Assembly (NCBI RefSeq): GCF_006345805.1
Contig: NC_042999.1
Location: 32,922,001-32,986,000 of the forward strand
DNA: 64,000 bases
From: Octopus sinensis
Taxonomy: Eukaryota
Reading direction: 5' to 3'
Shown: positions 26,936 through 40,593 of the stretch, one piece after another
Layout: every line of letters starts with the position of its first letter
Numbering within the stretch: the first letter of the stretch is position 1
Notes under the pieces: generated by a model
The model's input: only the letters and a program-made list of their open reading frames with translations
What the model was told of the DNA's origin: nothing
Database searches by the model: none
Made by a program: the position numbers and the translations under genes

Positions 26936-27779
26936 TTATGCATCACTAAAAAATAATTAATGTCTTGACTGGTTAACAGATTGGCTAATAATTATCAGGT
27001 ATGAGGATTATCTAGGTTTCTTATTACCAGGATGACTTTCGCAGGATTTAAAAATTATTTTTCTTTATTTTCGCTATATTTCTACATAGAAATTTAGTTC
27101 GAGAAAGAATAGATATGTTTCACTGTAAAAAATATACCAACTAACGTTACAGAACTTGGTTATAATTAAAATATTTTAGACATCTAATGTAAATGTAAAT
27201 GATATTTTCGTGGTAATTTGCGTATGTTCTTTCCAATTTTCCAAGATTTTGAAATATCTATAGCATCATTCCACGCGTCCCTGTATTGCAGTGTTCGTGT
27301 ATTACGCTTATGCAATACTAAGTACTTTTGGGTTTTCAAATCACAGGTAGAGTCGAAATGTCTAACATCTTGAAACAATACTATGAGGAGTTAAAATTTA
27401 TGCATTGAAACATATGTCAACATATATTTAAATGAAAGGGGAGTAACATTAGCAAGTAGCTGTGAATGTTACACTTTTGCGTTTTACTTGTTGCAGACCA
27501 GAGACAGTGGCCATGTTGGGGGTGCAGTCATTATTCAATTGTCTTTTTGTTATTTGGTTTAAATACTTATTGATATTACAAGAGTACACAGAAACTGGAA
27601 AGATAATAAAATTGTATAGATAGATAGACAGGTAGATAGATGCGTCTACAGATATATCAACGGATATCAAATAGAGAGTTATATTAATAGTATACAAATA
27701 TGTGCTTGAAATGAACAGAAATGAAAAGTTTTATTGATCTTAGTTGATAAATAAATCTGGCTGAGCAAAGAGTGTAGTT

Positions 27780-27842
<63 letters not shown>

Positions 27843-27852
27843 ATATATATTC

Positions 27853-27922
<70 letters not shown>

Positions 27923-28032
27923 ATATATATGTATGTATATATATGTATGCATGTATGTATGTATGTATGTATGTATGTATAAAGACTGTAGTTTATATAT
28001 ATATATATTATATATATATATATATATTATAT

Positions 28033-28064
<32 letters not shown>

Positions 28065-29193
28065 CAGAGAGAGAGAAGGGTGGATTGGTTTTATCTTTTT
28101 AATTTATATTTTATATCCTTAAAATATAAATCACGTAATATCTATCAGATATATTAATAGAAGCAAAATAAGCAATACTTTTCAAGTTTATTTCGATTAT
28201 GTTTGTATGTACATGTTTGTTTAAATGACAATATTCCTAAGGTAGTTTTTGAAATTCCTTGCTTGTGTTTAATATAATAACAAATCAAATTTTTAGCATA
28301 TAAATATTTACATCCACATTTTAATAGCTTTTTGCTCTTATCGAGATATAAAATAAGGATTTCAACGAGGTGATTCAATGTTAGTGCCAATATACTAACA
28401 ATGATTGATTTACAACTACGTTCCCATATATGCAATATATACACATATGTGGGTCTGTGTTTGTGCGATTGATTATGTGTGTCATTGTTTCAGAGAGTGA
28501 TGGGAAAAGGTTGTATATATTTATAAATATAACCGTATCTTCATTTTTTTAATATCTGTGTCGGTTAACGTGTGTGAATTTGTATATACTCAATGTTGAC
28601 TATGTATGTAATTTTAGAATTACTAGACTATTATTAATATGTATATTAAATATGTGAAATATGCAAATGTGGCATACGGTAAAGAGTTTGCTTCCTAAGC
28701 ATTCAGGCCCGGTATCAGTCCCGATACGTGATACCATAGGGGAAATTCTTTATTCTTAGGGCGACTAATTGAAAGAAGCCCGTCTTCCATACGTAAATGT
28801 GTATGTGTGTGAGTGTATATATGCATGCATCGGTGTGCGTGCGCGCGCGCGAAAGTGACTGTGTTTGTTTGTTTGTTTGTTATTTTATAAGTGTTTGTTT
28901 CTGATGACCGTTTCACAACAGATGCGTTTTCGACTCTGTAAAAAACGAACTCGGAAAAAAAAAATATTCTAGAGAAAACGTCTCAAGCTTAGAAAATAAA
29001 GTACGTCCGACGAAAGCTTCCAAGGCGTTGTCTCATATTGGCTGCAGTCTAATGAGCGAAGCAATTAAAAGATAAAAAATAAAATTTATATCTACAGAGT
29101 ACGTTTAATAATATTTTAATGGCAAATCAACTTTCGTAACACAGATAGAATCGAAACAATTTCATATAATTTTCGCGGGATTGACGTAACCAT

Positions 29194-29239
29194 TTATTTT
29201 GTCATACTACTACTCTTGCTGCTACTGCTACCACTGCCG

Positions 29240-29293
<54 letters not shown>

Positions 29294-30257
29294 TTACTAC
29301 TACTCCGACTACCTCTGCACTTGAATAGCAGATCCCTACGTGCATTACTATTTCTTGTTTTGCTCTTTCTGCCGTTATCCTTGCTGTCGCTAAAGTGCTT
29401 GACGGGAATTATATTATGCACATAAACTTCAGAAACTGTTAATTTATAACATCGCTCGTATTTATCATTTACCAAACAATACGCGTCACATTCATTTGAA
29501 CATGAATCCATGACTGCAATATCTTGAAATGAGGTAAGCATTTCAACTACTGCTTCTACATACACTTCTGATACAGTCGAGTTCAAATATATAGTCATCT
29601 GTCTAAACCCGTTACTGTATAAATTTATAGGAGATGCATTGTTACATGGTACTTTACACCGCTGCCTCTCATTGGAATACGATATAGATATACTTAAAGG
29701 AACAACACTCCAGTTCCCTTGACAATGGAAATGCTTACAATAATTGTCAGTGACAGTACCTTCGTTGCAGTCTCTACTCGATGGAACGCATTGTTCATTT
29801 AGGCATGTAAGGTACTGCGAAGTGCATCCTTGTTTGTTTAGTTTACATGCCGGTTGCGGCGAATATGTATATACATACTTGGACAATAGTACACTCAACT
29901 CTATGGCTTGTTTTATGGTAACAGGAATTACACAAATACTACGGTTCAATGGATAGATATCATCAGATGGATACATTTGTGTTATGTCTTTACCAGGTCG
30001 GGCTTTCTCTTTCAAGAAGTAATCCCAGACTAAGTCATAAAATGAATGTAGTATCCAGAATACAGGATCACTGGGTGAAACTGAAGAATCCTGCATGTCT
30101 CCACCAACAAAGGCGTGGCTTCTATTGTGTACAAGCTCCAATTTTGTAAATGGATAATGAAGCACACTCAATAGCATTTCCATCGTTGGAAGATCGTCGT
30201 TGTTTCCAAGGTATCTTTGTACAAATCCGCGATCATGTGACCAGTCTTTAAAAATAC
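29194..30257 (-). CDS. Tyrosinase-like exon 4: CuB site, Cys-rich C-terminal domain, poly-Ser tail
   Basis: Acceptor ttttcattatatag|GT. Reads (G)IFKDW...LELVHNRSHAFVGGDM...DPVFWILHSFYD, i.e. the CuB H-x3-H-x22-H pattern. In frame with the 329-aa ORF and stops at TAA 29196-29194. Total CDS 1692 nt = 563 aa. Confidence 0.93.
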
Positions 30258-30497
30258 CTATATAATGAAAACAACAAAATAAACATTCCGTTACGAAATT
30301 ATAGAGCAGGATAGAGTAAATGATTTATTTCCATACGAAAATTATTTGTTAATCTTTTGAGTGAATATAGATATATATATTTATAGAAGGGAAGAAATAA
30401 CATTTTCCGTTTACATATATTTCATAAGTATCTAATATATCTGTATTTGATTATAGATCAATATATGTTTAATGAATTTTATCTTAATTGTATGTGG

Positions 30498-30592
<95 letters not shown>

Positions 30593-30593
30593 T

Positions 30594-30684
<91 letters not shown>

Positions 30685-30708
30685 TGTATATACATACATA
30701 TATATATA

Positions 30709-30746
<38 letters not shown>

Positions 30747-30799
30747 AAATGGATAAATGAATTATCTTGTTACGGATTATTCAAATTATAACCGATACC

Positions 30800-32530
30800 T
30801 GGGTACCAAAAATCACAACAGAAAAATCGCGGTTGAGGTTACGACCATGGGGTATCGCAACCGTGCCGTAGTGCGGATATATTTAGTGAGGGAAGAAATG
30901 GAGCTGAACGAAGATTTTATAAAATTCCTTTTTATTATTTTCTACACATGTTTCAAAGGCTGCAAATTCCCTAATTCGGATTGAATAAGGAGACCATTTT
31001 GCAGCTTTCTCTTCAGGAAAACCCAGGAACTTAAATCTCCAAACAAATGCCCAGCAAGCTTTTCGAACAAACGCTCCCTAGGAGCCCCTGGTATGAATGG
31101 CACAAAACTGTCTCTCAATATACGTTGACGTCAGGGTGGGTGAAGGCCGACGAAAAAGTCCGTTGAGATAATTCGAGGTCAAATTCCGGTTAACATTGGG
31201 TAGAGGAAGAATTACAGAAAACCAAAGAGTGTGAATATATTCTGTATAACTAGTGTTAATGTTCGAATTGTTTTAAGAATGAAAGCTATCTTATTTGGGT
31301 GTGAGAAACTACCTACATGTATGTGTGTGTGCGCCTATGTATGTGTGGCAGTATGTTTAGGAAGCAGCTAGGGAGAAATATATTGCAGCTATTGTTGGTC
31401 AAGCAGCTGATAAAAACCTGTGTCTGTGTGTTCGTCTGTGACCAGTTTATAGACAGATGACTTGTCAACAAGGGGAGTATAATCCCTGATATTGTTTCTA
31501 AAAAAGTAGCAGAACATCCGCTAAAAGGGGAGTAATTTCCCCTTTCAAATTTAATTCAAAATCTTTTTCTAAATTTTTTTCAAAAATTTTTTCCTTTCTT
31601 AGGACATCAAGGTGTTAATTATCTTAGACTTCAATTGTATGCAAGAAATGTATGCCGCCTCCAGTGGGGACATCTAAAAGAGTTTTGCAAATGTGAAAAG
31701 GTTCAGAGTTGCAAAGATTACAGATTCTTTTGCCTCTATCAAACGGTACAGACACCGATAAAATCGACCATTCCAGTCTAAAGGCTGAATTCGCGTTCTT
31801 CAAACGCCAGACTAATTTACTTAGTCCGGTCGCGTGTTGCTTTCCAAAATCGCGAAACGTTGTGAAGTGGTTCGATATTCTCACGGCCAATTATGATGAT
31901 GACGCTCCGATATACAAGTAGACATCTGATTCAGTATAAACTCTGCATTGGTAAATGGCATTTCTAATCTTGGAATTACTAGATAAGAACCTTATTCTAT
32001 TGGGATTGGCTTCCGATATTAATACGGCGTTCTTATTAATATGATGATTGTAAGAACTACGGCTGTCTTCGACATTATACGCCCCATTATCAATACTATT
32101 TAATGGAATATCACCTGTATATTCCCTGCCACTGAGATCGCTGTGATTGCTAATGTCCGTGATGCTACTGTTGTTAAACCCGCTGCTAAAATTGTTATTG
32201 GGACTCTCTACATTAATGACTCGGACAGTGCTCTCATCCCTATTACCATTACTAACGTTAATGCCGTCACCATTGCTCTTATCCTTATTCCTATTATTAA
32301 CTCCATGGCTGGTATGGAGATTGCTAATCTCTGTGCCGGTTCTATTATCATCATTATTATTATTATTATTACTGCGCGTTATTCTGGCATTAGACGGAGC
32401 TGCGTCTCCGAACATGGGTGAGAGGGTCTTATTTAGCAGCTTATTGTTATGGGAGGAAATTATCTGTGAGAGATTTTTAGTATTGGAGAAGGCTATCCTA
32501 ACTTTGTGTGAGTTAACAGTGGCGTAATTT
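30800..32530 (-). mobile_element. Penelope-like element, 3' portion (GIY-YIG endonuclease plus pseudo-LTR), in intron 3
   Basis: AFSNTKNLSQIISSHN, NAIYQC...YLYIG, LSKLVWRLK...EWSIL...CNLC are Penelope GIY-YIG motifs. 5'-truncated at a (TA)n tract. Confidence 0.85.
30938..31021 (-). ncRNA. Type-I hammerhead motif in the Penelope pseudo-LTR
   Basis: TTTTC-CTGAAGA-GAAAGCTGCAAA..TTTGCAGCCTTT-GAAA-CATGTG-TA-GAAAA: intact core, 5-bp stem I, long stem II. Confidence 0.78.
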
Positions 32531-32536
32531 CTTCCC

Positions 32537-32594
<58 letters not shown>

Positions 32595-32749
32595 ATATAT
32601 ACATGTATATACATACATACATATATATATATTATATATATATCCATAATTATTAATATCAGTGTAAACAAAATTAAAAAAATTTTCAGTACCTGTGGCC
32701 TAGCGTGTAGAAAAATTAGTCAATAGACTATATATTATTCATATAAATG

Positions 32750-33278
32750 CAGTGTACATTTAAACACATAAGAGGTATCCGTCATAGGATTCCTTTCACG
32801 CTAGAAGGAAAAGCTAAAGTCCAAACCACTATTAGGGATAAAAACTCGAAGGGAATGAAAAATATAAACATTTACCATCTATCTGCTAGACCATGGTTTC
32901 AGACATTTTTAGCAAATATAATATTTTCTAGGCGAAGTCTTCATCAACAGGTACGCCTAGATTAAATATATAAGTACGAGACAAATCCAGCATGTGCCTC
33001 TTGCTTGCGCGGTGGATTTGATAAATTATAATGTATAAGCAAGGGGCACTTGCTGGATTTGCCTAGTACTTATATATTAAATCTAGGCGTACCTGTTGAT
33101 GAAGACTTCGCCTAGCAAAATTATTTTATTTGCTAAGGAAGCTTGAAACCATGGTCCAGGGGATAAATGGTAAATGTTTTTATTTTTCATTCTCCTCCAG
33201 TTTTTATCCCTAATAGTGTTTTTAAATTTCGCTGTTCCTTCTAGATGACGAATAACCCTTATGTGTTTAAATGTACAC

Positions 33279-33280
<2 letters not shown>
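32750..33280. mobile_element. Foldback / MITE with ~250-bp inverted arms and CAGTG termini (Tc1-like)
   Basis: CAGTGTACATTTAAACACATAAG ... CTTATGTGTTTAAATGTACACTG|TA, with a ~31-nt loop at ~33006-33036. Confidence 0.85.
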
Positions 33281-33372
<92 letters not shown>

Positions 33373-33694
33373 TAAATTGGCATTTATGTCTCGTAACTTT
33401 TTGAATCAACCTTCTCGGCTCTATCACTCTCCTGACCACATTAAAGAGAAATAAATTTGACCTTCAAAATACAATTATGTCAACTGGCTTTCGATTGTTT
33501 ACTTGACAGATTAGTACTTGTTTTCTCAAACATCAACTGTCTTTTCGTAGATATAAATACGTTCACGAAGATTTAAGTTTCTTTAACTAAAATATAACTC
33601 TATATGTATAATACTAGATAAACAGCCTAGGAATTTTAAGACATACACTAATCAACAGTAATGCATGGGAAGAGCATCTTACTCTATTTCTTAC

Positions 33695-33840
33695 CATTTT
33701 TTATTCTACCAAAACCATTTCCCATGAAATCTTCTGTCCAAATATTGGATAGCGCTGCATCAGGAAGTCGTTCGTCTATAGTCACATCCCAATAAGGAAT
33801 AGTAAGATTGCTGTTAATCTGGCGTAAAGCTTCCTCAAAC
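33695..33840 (-). CDS. Tyrosinase-like exon 3 (146 nt)
   Basis: Acceptor ttatttctttag|G and donor G|GTAAGA. Encodes FEEALRQINSNLTIPYWD...IWTEDFMGNGFGRIKN with the canonical PYWD motif. Phases 2 and 1 match the neighbouring exons. Confidence 0.93.
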
Positions 33841-36800
33841 CTAAAGAAATAATTACAATTATTCAATCACGAAATATATGTGTATGGCATTAAAAACAAC
33901 GTATACAAATATTTAGATGTGCAACAAACAAAACCAAGCATAATCCTCAGCATATTGTGCGATTTACAACACATATTAATCAACATTAGACATGTTTCTC
34001 TCGATGCTATAATGTTGAGAATCGTCAATAGTTCTAGGGCGTAAATTTGTATTTCAGATAAACCATAGCTATTTAATATAGGACCAATTGTAATTGAATA
34101 TATCTTATTTAAAATGGGGTTTCTAGTCCAATGTAGAGTTGCAAGGATTTTTAAATACGGTTTAAACAGTAACTGTGAAACTATGTCACTGTTCAACAGA
34201 TCTAAGATATTATTTTTGATAATATTTTTGCTTGAGCGAAAATATTACATAAAACATTAAAAATACAATTAATCATAACATTGACTACGTTTATCATTCT
34301 GGCTGGTATCTACTGGTTCATCGCATTATGAAATATACAGAAGCCACATTATTTCCTCTCTCATTTACGTGTGGACAGCTGCATTAAATTAGAAATGCAA
34401 GATGAAATTTCTGTTGCGATGGAAGTTCAAATAGAGCAGAATAAAAGAACAACCAGCATACTGGGTCAAAAATCGAGAAGAGAAATCAGAAATACGCTGC
34501 AGTGAGTGACCGGGAAAAGTTTAGGTCATCATAAATACTCTGGGAACAATCAGGCCGGGTTTACTTCGGAAAGTCTAAGAGGAAATTGGATATTTTAATT
34601 CACTATTGAGATTCTTCAATTTAATATTATATGTAGTGAAGGATATATTAATAGTTAAATCTATCTCAAAATATAGATTGTGAGATATTAATTCCAAAAT
34701 GGTTTAAACCTTACTTTCTGTTCTATACACACATATATGTAAAAATATGGTTTCTCAAAATATAGTATCAATATCATCATGGCTGCCAAGCGTAAGAGAA
34801 TAGGGGTGAACACACATTTATTTGGAAAACATGGCTTCAAGACATGTAAAAGTTTAACATGCAACAAATATTTGAATGTATGCGATGTATTTCACCTTCT
34901 ATACTTTGAACCAATGTGAATATTTCTCTGAGGTAACTAATGTTGTTTCATCAAACAAATGTTCGAATAGTAAAGTTCAATTGAGAAAAATTATATGGGC
35001 TTTTGTTATTTTCGTTTACTCTCCATTAGCGTTACTCGAACAGTATATTAACTAGTCAGTGATGGGACTTCTTAGACACCTTATCTAAGATTACTTGTTA
35101 ATGTGGCATGGTGAGATTTCACGCAGCTTCGGCTGCCGTTTCTTGACAGTCACAGGAGTGAATACCCACTTTCACTTCTAGCAAGCCATGATACTATAAC
35201 AAAGCAGGCCCGGTCTTAGTCAAGCATATTTACAATCGGCAGAAATCCTGCATAGGGAATTTAAACTATAAAAGTTATTCAAATGCCGGAATAGTTTTTA
35301 AGGCAATGTCTGTAAAAAAAATTCTCCCATAAGTTAAGAAAGAATAAAAAGAAAATAGAAACAAATATATTTCGGAAAAAATATGAAAATGTAGGAAAAG
35401 TTTGACAACGAAAGGAAAAAGGAAAGAAATGAATAACCACAGAAAATTTGACAGGGGAAAAAAGAATGAGAACAGAATGACAATGAGATGGAAAATAAAT
35501 AAGTGATATAATTTATGTTGCATGAACAAAAGAAAGTCTACGAAAAGATACAATTTCTATTTAAATATACACTATCATGGCACTGTATAAATCAAGTGGT
35601 GATATATTACCGAACAACTTTTCATAAAAAAATATTGCATTGTTTTAAATTTGTGGTCGTGGATACTGTGTTACATAGAACAGTTAACAAAACATTACTT
35701 TTACTTAGCAGGGCCTGGTCATTTAGCGTTAGAAATTTAAAAATACGTGATTTTTGTACCAGGTGATCCATTTCTGCACATGAGAACAGAAGGATAACAT
35801 AATAGTAAAGCAAAATCGAATGATAAATTATAATTACCCATTAATTTTTTAACCAGATTCTGGATGCATTTCTACTGTAACACAGCAACCATAATCAAAT
35901 ATGTAATATGAATACGGTATATAATTTATGCAAACAGGAATGCGAATAGATATCATGTGCAACAATACGACCTAGATAACTCTACTGAAATCTTGACATT
36001 TGCAGGAAGCAATGGTTGTGGAATGAAGAGAGTCGTTTAGGATTTTCTGACTGGGCGCTCTCCGAAAATGATCAGTATAATTACCGGAAATTTTCAAGAT
36101 TGTGAATTAGAACGAGCAGAAGCTGATTGGCTAAAGAGCGTAGGTCTTGAGAAAATTGTGGCCGCTTATTCTTTATTAAATCAACGCATTTATTAATTAT
36201 TTCATTATTTTTGTACCGGTTAAGTGGATCGTGTAAACGCATACATTATTTATTACTACTACTGTTTAACTCGGGGACAGTCTTGAAGGAGTAGCTGCAT
36301 AATGCAAGGCTTCCCGTGCTCGGCTGTCTAAATAAGCTATATATTTCGTAATATTCTATGGCGTGATATAAGGGAAACTCGCTTCTATACGTAGCAGGTC
36401 AGAAAACAACTCGTGGTTTCATTTATACAATTTACGTTATACGAGTAATGCTAATTATTTCTTACTGCAAATAGTTTGAAATTGTTATACTAAAAGTGTA
36501 CTTTAATTGTGACTGTAAAGTTCAATCTCATCAAAAATGTAAGAGACAATTTAATGAAAAGTTCTACTTTCCTCAGAGGATTTCAACGACTATGGTTTCA
36601 TTCATTTCATTTATATTTTCTAATAATACCCAGTGTCTCTATATACATAATTTGTATCAAATATACACAATGAGAATATAACTTCTAAATTTCGCTATTT
36701 ACAATAAACTCCATTTTCTGCTCCAGACGTTTAAGTTTGATCCAACATAACCATGAGGTATGTCTTAAAAGCTATATTGACTTTCATTGTAAAATCGCTC

Positions 36801-36931
36801 AGGCAACATTTCCATCTATGAAAAACAACGTGTACAATATTTTGTACAATGTTTCACTTCATATAATTCAATAAAGTGTCTGTTTACATCGGGAATCAGA
36901 GATACAAAACTGAAAATAAAAGGGGACTTAC

Positions 36932-37044
36932 ATAGAAAGATATAACCTATGCCATATAATAAATGTCGGCCCACCATGTGCCACTTGAGAATGTTCGTCT
37001 CTGTGAAGGAGGACCAATGCCATGAATTTATTTGGAGGTACGCT
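36932..37044 (-). CDS. Tyrosinase-like exon 2 (113 nt): CuA site
   Basis: Acceptor ttgttctttcag|AGC and donor AT|GTAAGT. Translates SVPPNKFMALVLLHRDEHSQVAHGGPTFIIWHRLYLS(M), containing the CuA His triad H-x8-H-x8-H (LLH, AHGG, WHR). It is in a different frame from the ORF-track call at 36816..37076. Confidence 0.92.
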
Positions 37045-39555
37045 CTGAAAGAACAATTATTCTGGATTTCAGTCATCTATGTTTCCGATTTTTTTTTATA
37101 CATGGTGAAAGTAGAGGAAAAGTTAAACAGATCAATGTATTTTAATGAAATCTTATTATCTGCGACTGTATGAGGATAAGTAATTGATATATAATAGAAA
37201 ATACATGTTTCGCTATATTGTTAATTTGAAAATTTCCCAGAGAAAATGTAAAGCAAATGTTATTAGATTGGCTCCAATGCTGTATAGATATGGTAGAGTA
37301 TGCAAATGTTACAAAAACATTCCAAGCTATTTACAGTCTAATTTGTTTCGTTGTTTTTTTTTATTTTTTCAGTTTTTCTTTTTTATTTTGTAATGCAGTC
37401 AACATTAGCGCAACTTCATTATTACCTTAAATGTCTTCCCTTTACTAACGGCATTCTAAATATTTTCACACTTTAAGAAATTTAAATTAGATTATTCCTA
37501 CGAAAGAAAGTTTAAAACACTGTTATTTCTAATCGAAAACAATGTTTTTATTCTATGTCTGTTATTGCTAAAGAAAGTATTTTTTTTAGAAACGGTAGTG
37601 ACATTTCCAGATATAATCTATCTAATACTTACCGCAAAAGAAAAGTAAAATAAATACGAATTCCGGATTGATTAAAACCGCATGGATATTTTAAGTCAAT
37701 GTAAAAGGAGATGGCTGAGAAATTCGTTTCTTGGGATGTAAAACATTATATAAAAATTTCATTCAAAATATTTGGGAAGAACTATGATATCAGCTAACAC
37801 GATTTTCTTTCATATTTGTAGGTTATACAGAAGGGATATTGATAATGTCCTTGCAGGCCCTACGACACCAGTGGGCTCAACATCATTAATGCTTCTTTGA
37901 AACTATCACTGGCCTATTCATGCCGGAAGGACTCAAACAAAGTGGAGTTTCCAAAAGAAATGTGTGATAAAGAAAAAGGACCAGAGAAAACGAAAAGCAC
38001 GGAGCCAATGTAATTGGGAGGACCAAGAGCGGTGAAGAAGAAAGAGAATCACGTCCATTTATGCTCAGTACGAGGGGTAAGGAACATACCAGTTCCAAGA
38101 AACAGAACCTATCTGAGTAATGGCTGGAAGGTCACAGAGGAGGGTGCACACCAGAGCGTGAAAGGCTGAAGCGTTTCTGGTAATAGGCTTCAGAGCTCGT
38201 ATCAGTATTAACGTCCCTGATGTTGGGGTAGCACTCCAGTGTGACGCATGATATGAGTCATGTAGAATGGCATCGACTGTTGGAATGTTTTCTGGCACCT
38301 GTAGATGGCACGTCTATGTGATGCAATCATAGACTTGGTGAGGACCGAATTTCACCACGAGTTATCGTTGAATATATTGAAACACAATGAATGTAAGATC
38401 TCAAGCAAAGCTCCAATTAGTTTTAGGGATAAGGCTTTGCGTTGATGGTGTCTTTATATGAGTAGGACTTGATATATTCTTCTTTGCTCTGTTCTTTCAG
38501 AAGAACAGCATATCCATGGTTACACTGAAGAATGCTCCGATGACTTCCGTTGAGAGAAACTATGAAAATGTGGCGTGTAGCATATAGACTGTTTATTTTA
38601 AACAGTTTGCTGTAGGGAGTGCGACCTAAGCAGTGTGTAGTTATATATGTCTGGGGAATATGAACAGGTGTTTCGTCTGTATAGATTTTGGTGCTGTTAG
38701 ATGTGTTAGAAAATCGTGGCACTCCGTCGGTTACGACGACGAGGGTTCCAGAATGCTCAGGTATAAAGAGAGCCAAAGCCATTATTTGCAAAGGTAACAG
38801 CATGTATTACGCTTTTGCTACTAGTTTAAGATAAATATGAATCGGGAGCAAACACAGACACACACTTTTCCCTATTCAATTTAATAACATTGAGCGTTAC
38901 GTGCCTGAGAGAAATATGTTTACTCCAGCATTCAGCTAACATTCATTTCCAGGTGAATTGGTTTCTGAGATGAGGAAAAACGGGTGGTGTGTTCCAAGAT
39001 TGATTCCACCCGTTCCAAGATTCTAAAACACCGTGTGTATTGTACTTGACTCAACACCCTAACCACTAAAAACATGCGCCCTCGAAATTAGAAGTACAAA
39101 GTGTTTAAAGCATATTTGATGTGACGTTTAGCAGCTTCAAGCAATAGTAAAATAACGTCAAGGATGAATGTGGTCTAGCTAATAGAATACCAAAGATGAT
39201 GCGTTTTTAGATGATTCTAAGCTGACAACTGAATGCCATGTATGGTGTTCATGAGAACTGTAGCGCATTTAATTTTAAATTGGAAGGAAGACAGATATTT
39301 CTCGTAAGAAATGCCTTGTAAATATATACTTCAAAATAGAAAACTGTACCATTTGAACAAACAAACGCAGCAGGAGAATTTGAGAATTATCGCACGCATT
39401 CAATGAAGTCAGGAAAATATCTGTCACACCAGAATTTGCTTATTCTGCCGGTTTCAAGTCAAAAATATTATAGAACAATGCCACCAAAGTAAGCACTTTC
39501 GCATATCTCTTTACTTATTGGTTGCCTGAAGATATATATGATGTTTATTTTATGA

Positions 39556-39830
39556 ACATTGAAATTCCTCCTTTTTCATCAAAAAAATATCTTACGAAGC
39601 GGGCTCTCGAGACAGCATCTAAACTTATAAAAATGAATGGGCGACCGACTAATACACACACACACACACATATGCGTGTATATATATATATATATATATA
39701 TATATGCAGGCATATGTGTGTGTGTGTGTGTATTAGTCGGTCAACCATTCATTTTTATAAGTTTAGATGCTGTCTCGAGAGCCTGCTTCGTAAGATATTT
39801 TCTCAATTGATGGAAAAGGAATTTCAATGT
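39556..39830. repeat. Near-perfect palindrome (~135-bp arms) centred on (TA)n
   Basis: acattgaaattcct...gtcgg arms mirror each other, including the internal (CA)n/(TG)n. Confidence 0.9.
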
Positions 39831-39861
39831 GTGTGTGTGTGTACGTAAATATATGTATGTA

Positions 39862-39944
<83 letters not shown>

Positions 39945-40442
39945 AGAGAACAAGGTGTACGTTACGCCGCGATAATATATGTATAAAAATTATATATAAA
40001 AAAACAAAATGGGACAAGAACGAAAACACACAACGAGACGACACAAAAAACGGACGGGTCATTCGAAGCCTCTAATCTTCAGTCAGGAACCGGATCATCC
40101 TAGCAATTTCGGCTGATTAATCCAGATATCGCTCCGATCCAGCCAGTCCCAAGGAAAAACTAAGCTACGAGCATTAGATTTCTTGGAAAAAGGATCGAAT
40201 GTATACGAAACAAGAACAGAAAAACGGACGATGCCACACGAATATAAATACAAAAAACAAAAAGAAAAACAAGAATAGTGATAACAGGACAAAAACAGCG
40301 GGTGCCTTACGACTTTAGACAGTTTAACTTATCTTAGCTGGCGTATTTTGAAATAAATACCTTTGCAGCAGACGAAGAGAACAGTGTTGTCGTGGCGGCG
40401 GTCAAAGGCCGAAAGGCTAGTTGACGAGCTGTCACCGTCAAC

Positions 40443-40593
<151 letters not shown>

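Noticed and set aside
36816-37076. 86-aa ORF-track call as a gene
   Set aside because: It is a different reading frame over the true exon 2.
37840-38400. Possible LINE 3' relic
   Set aside because: No diagnostic protein motif could be confirmed by eye.
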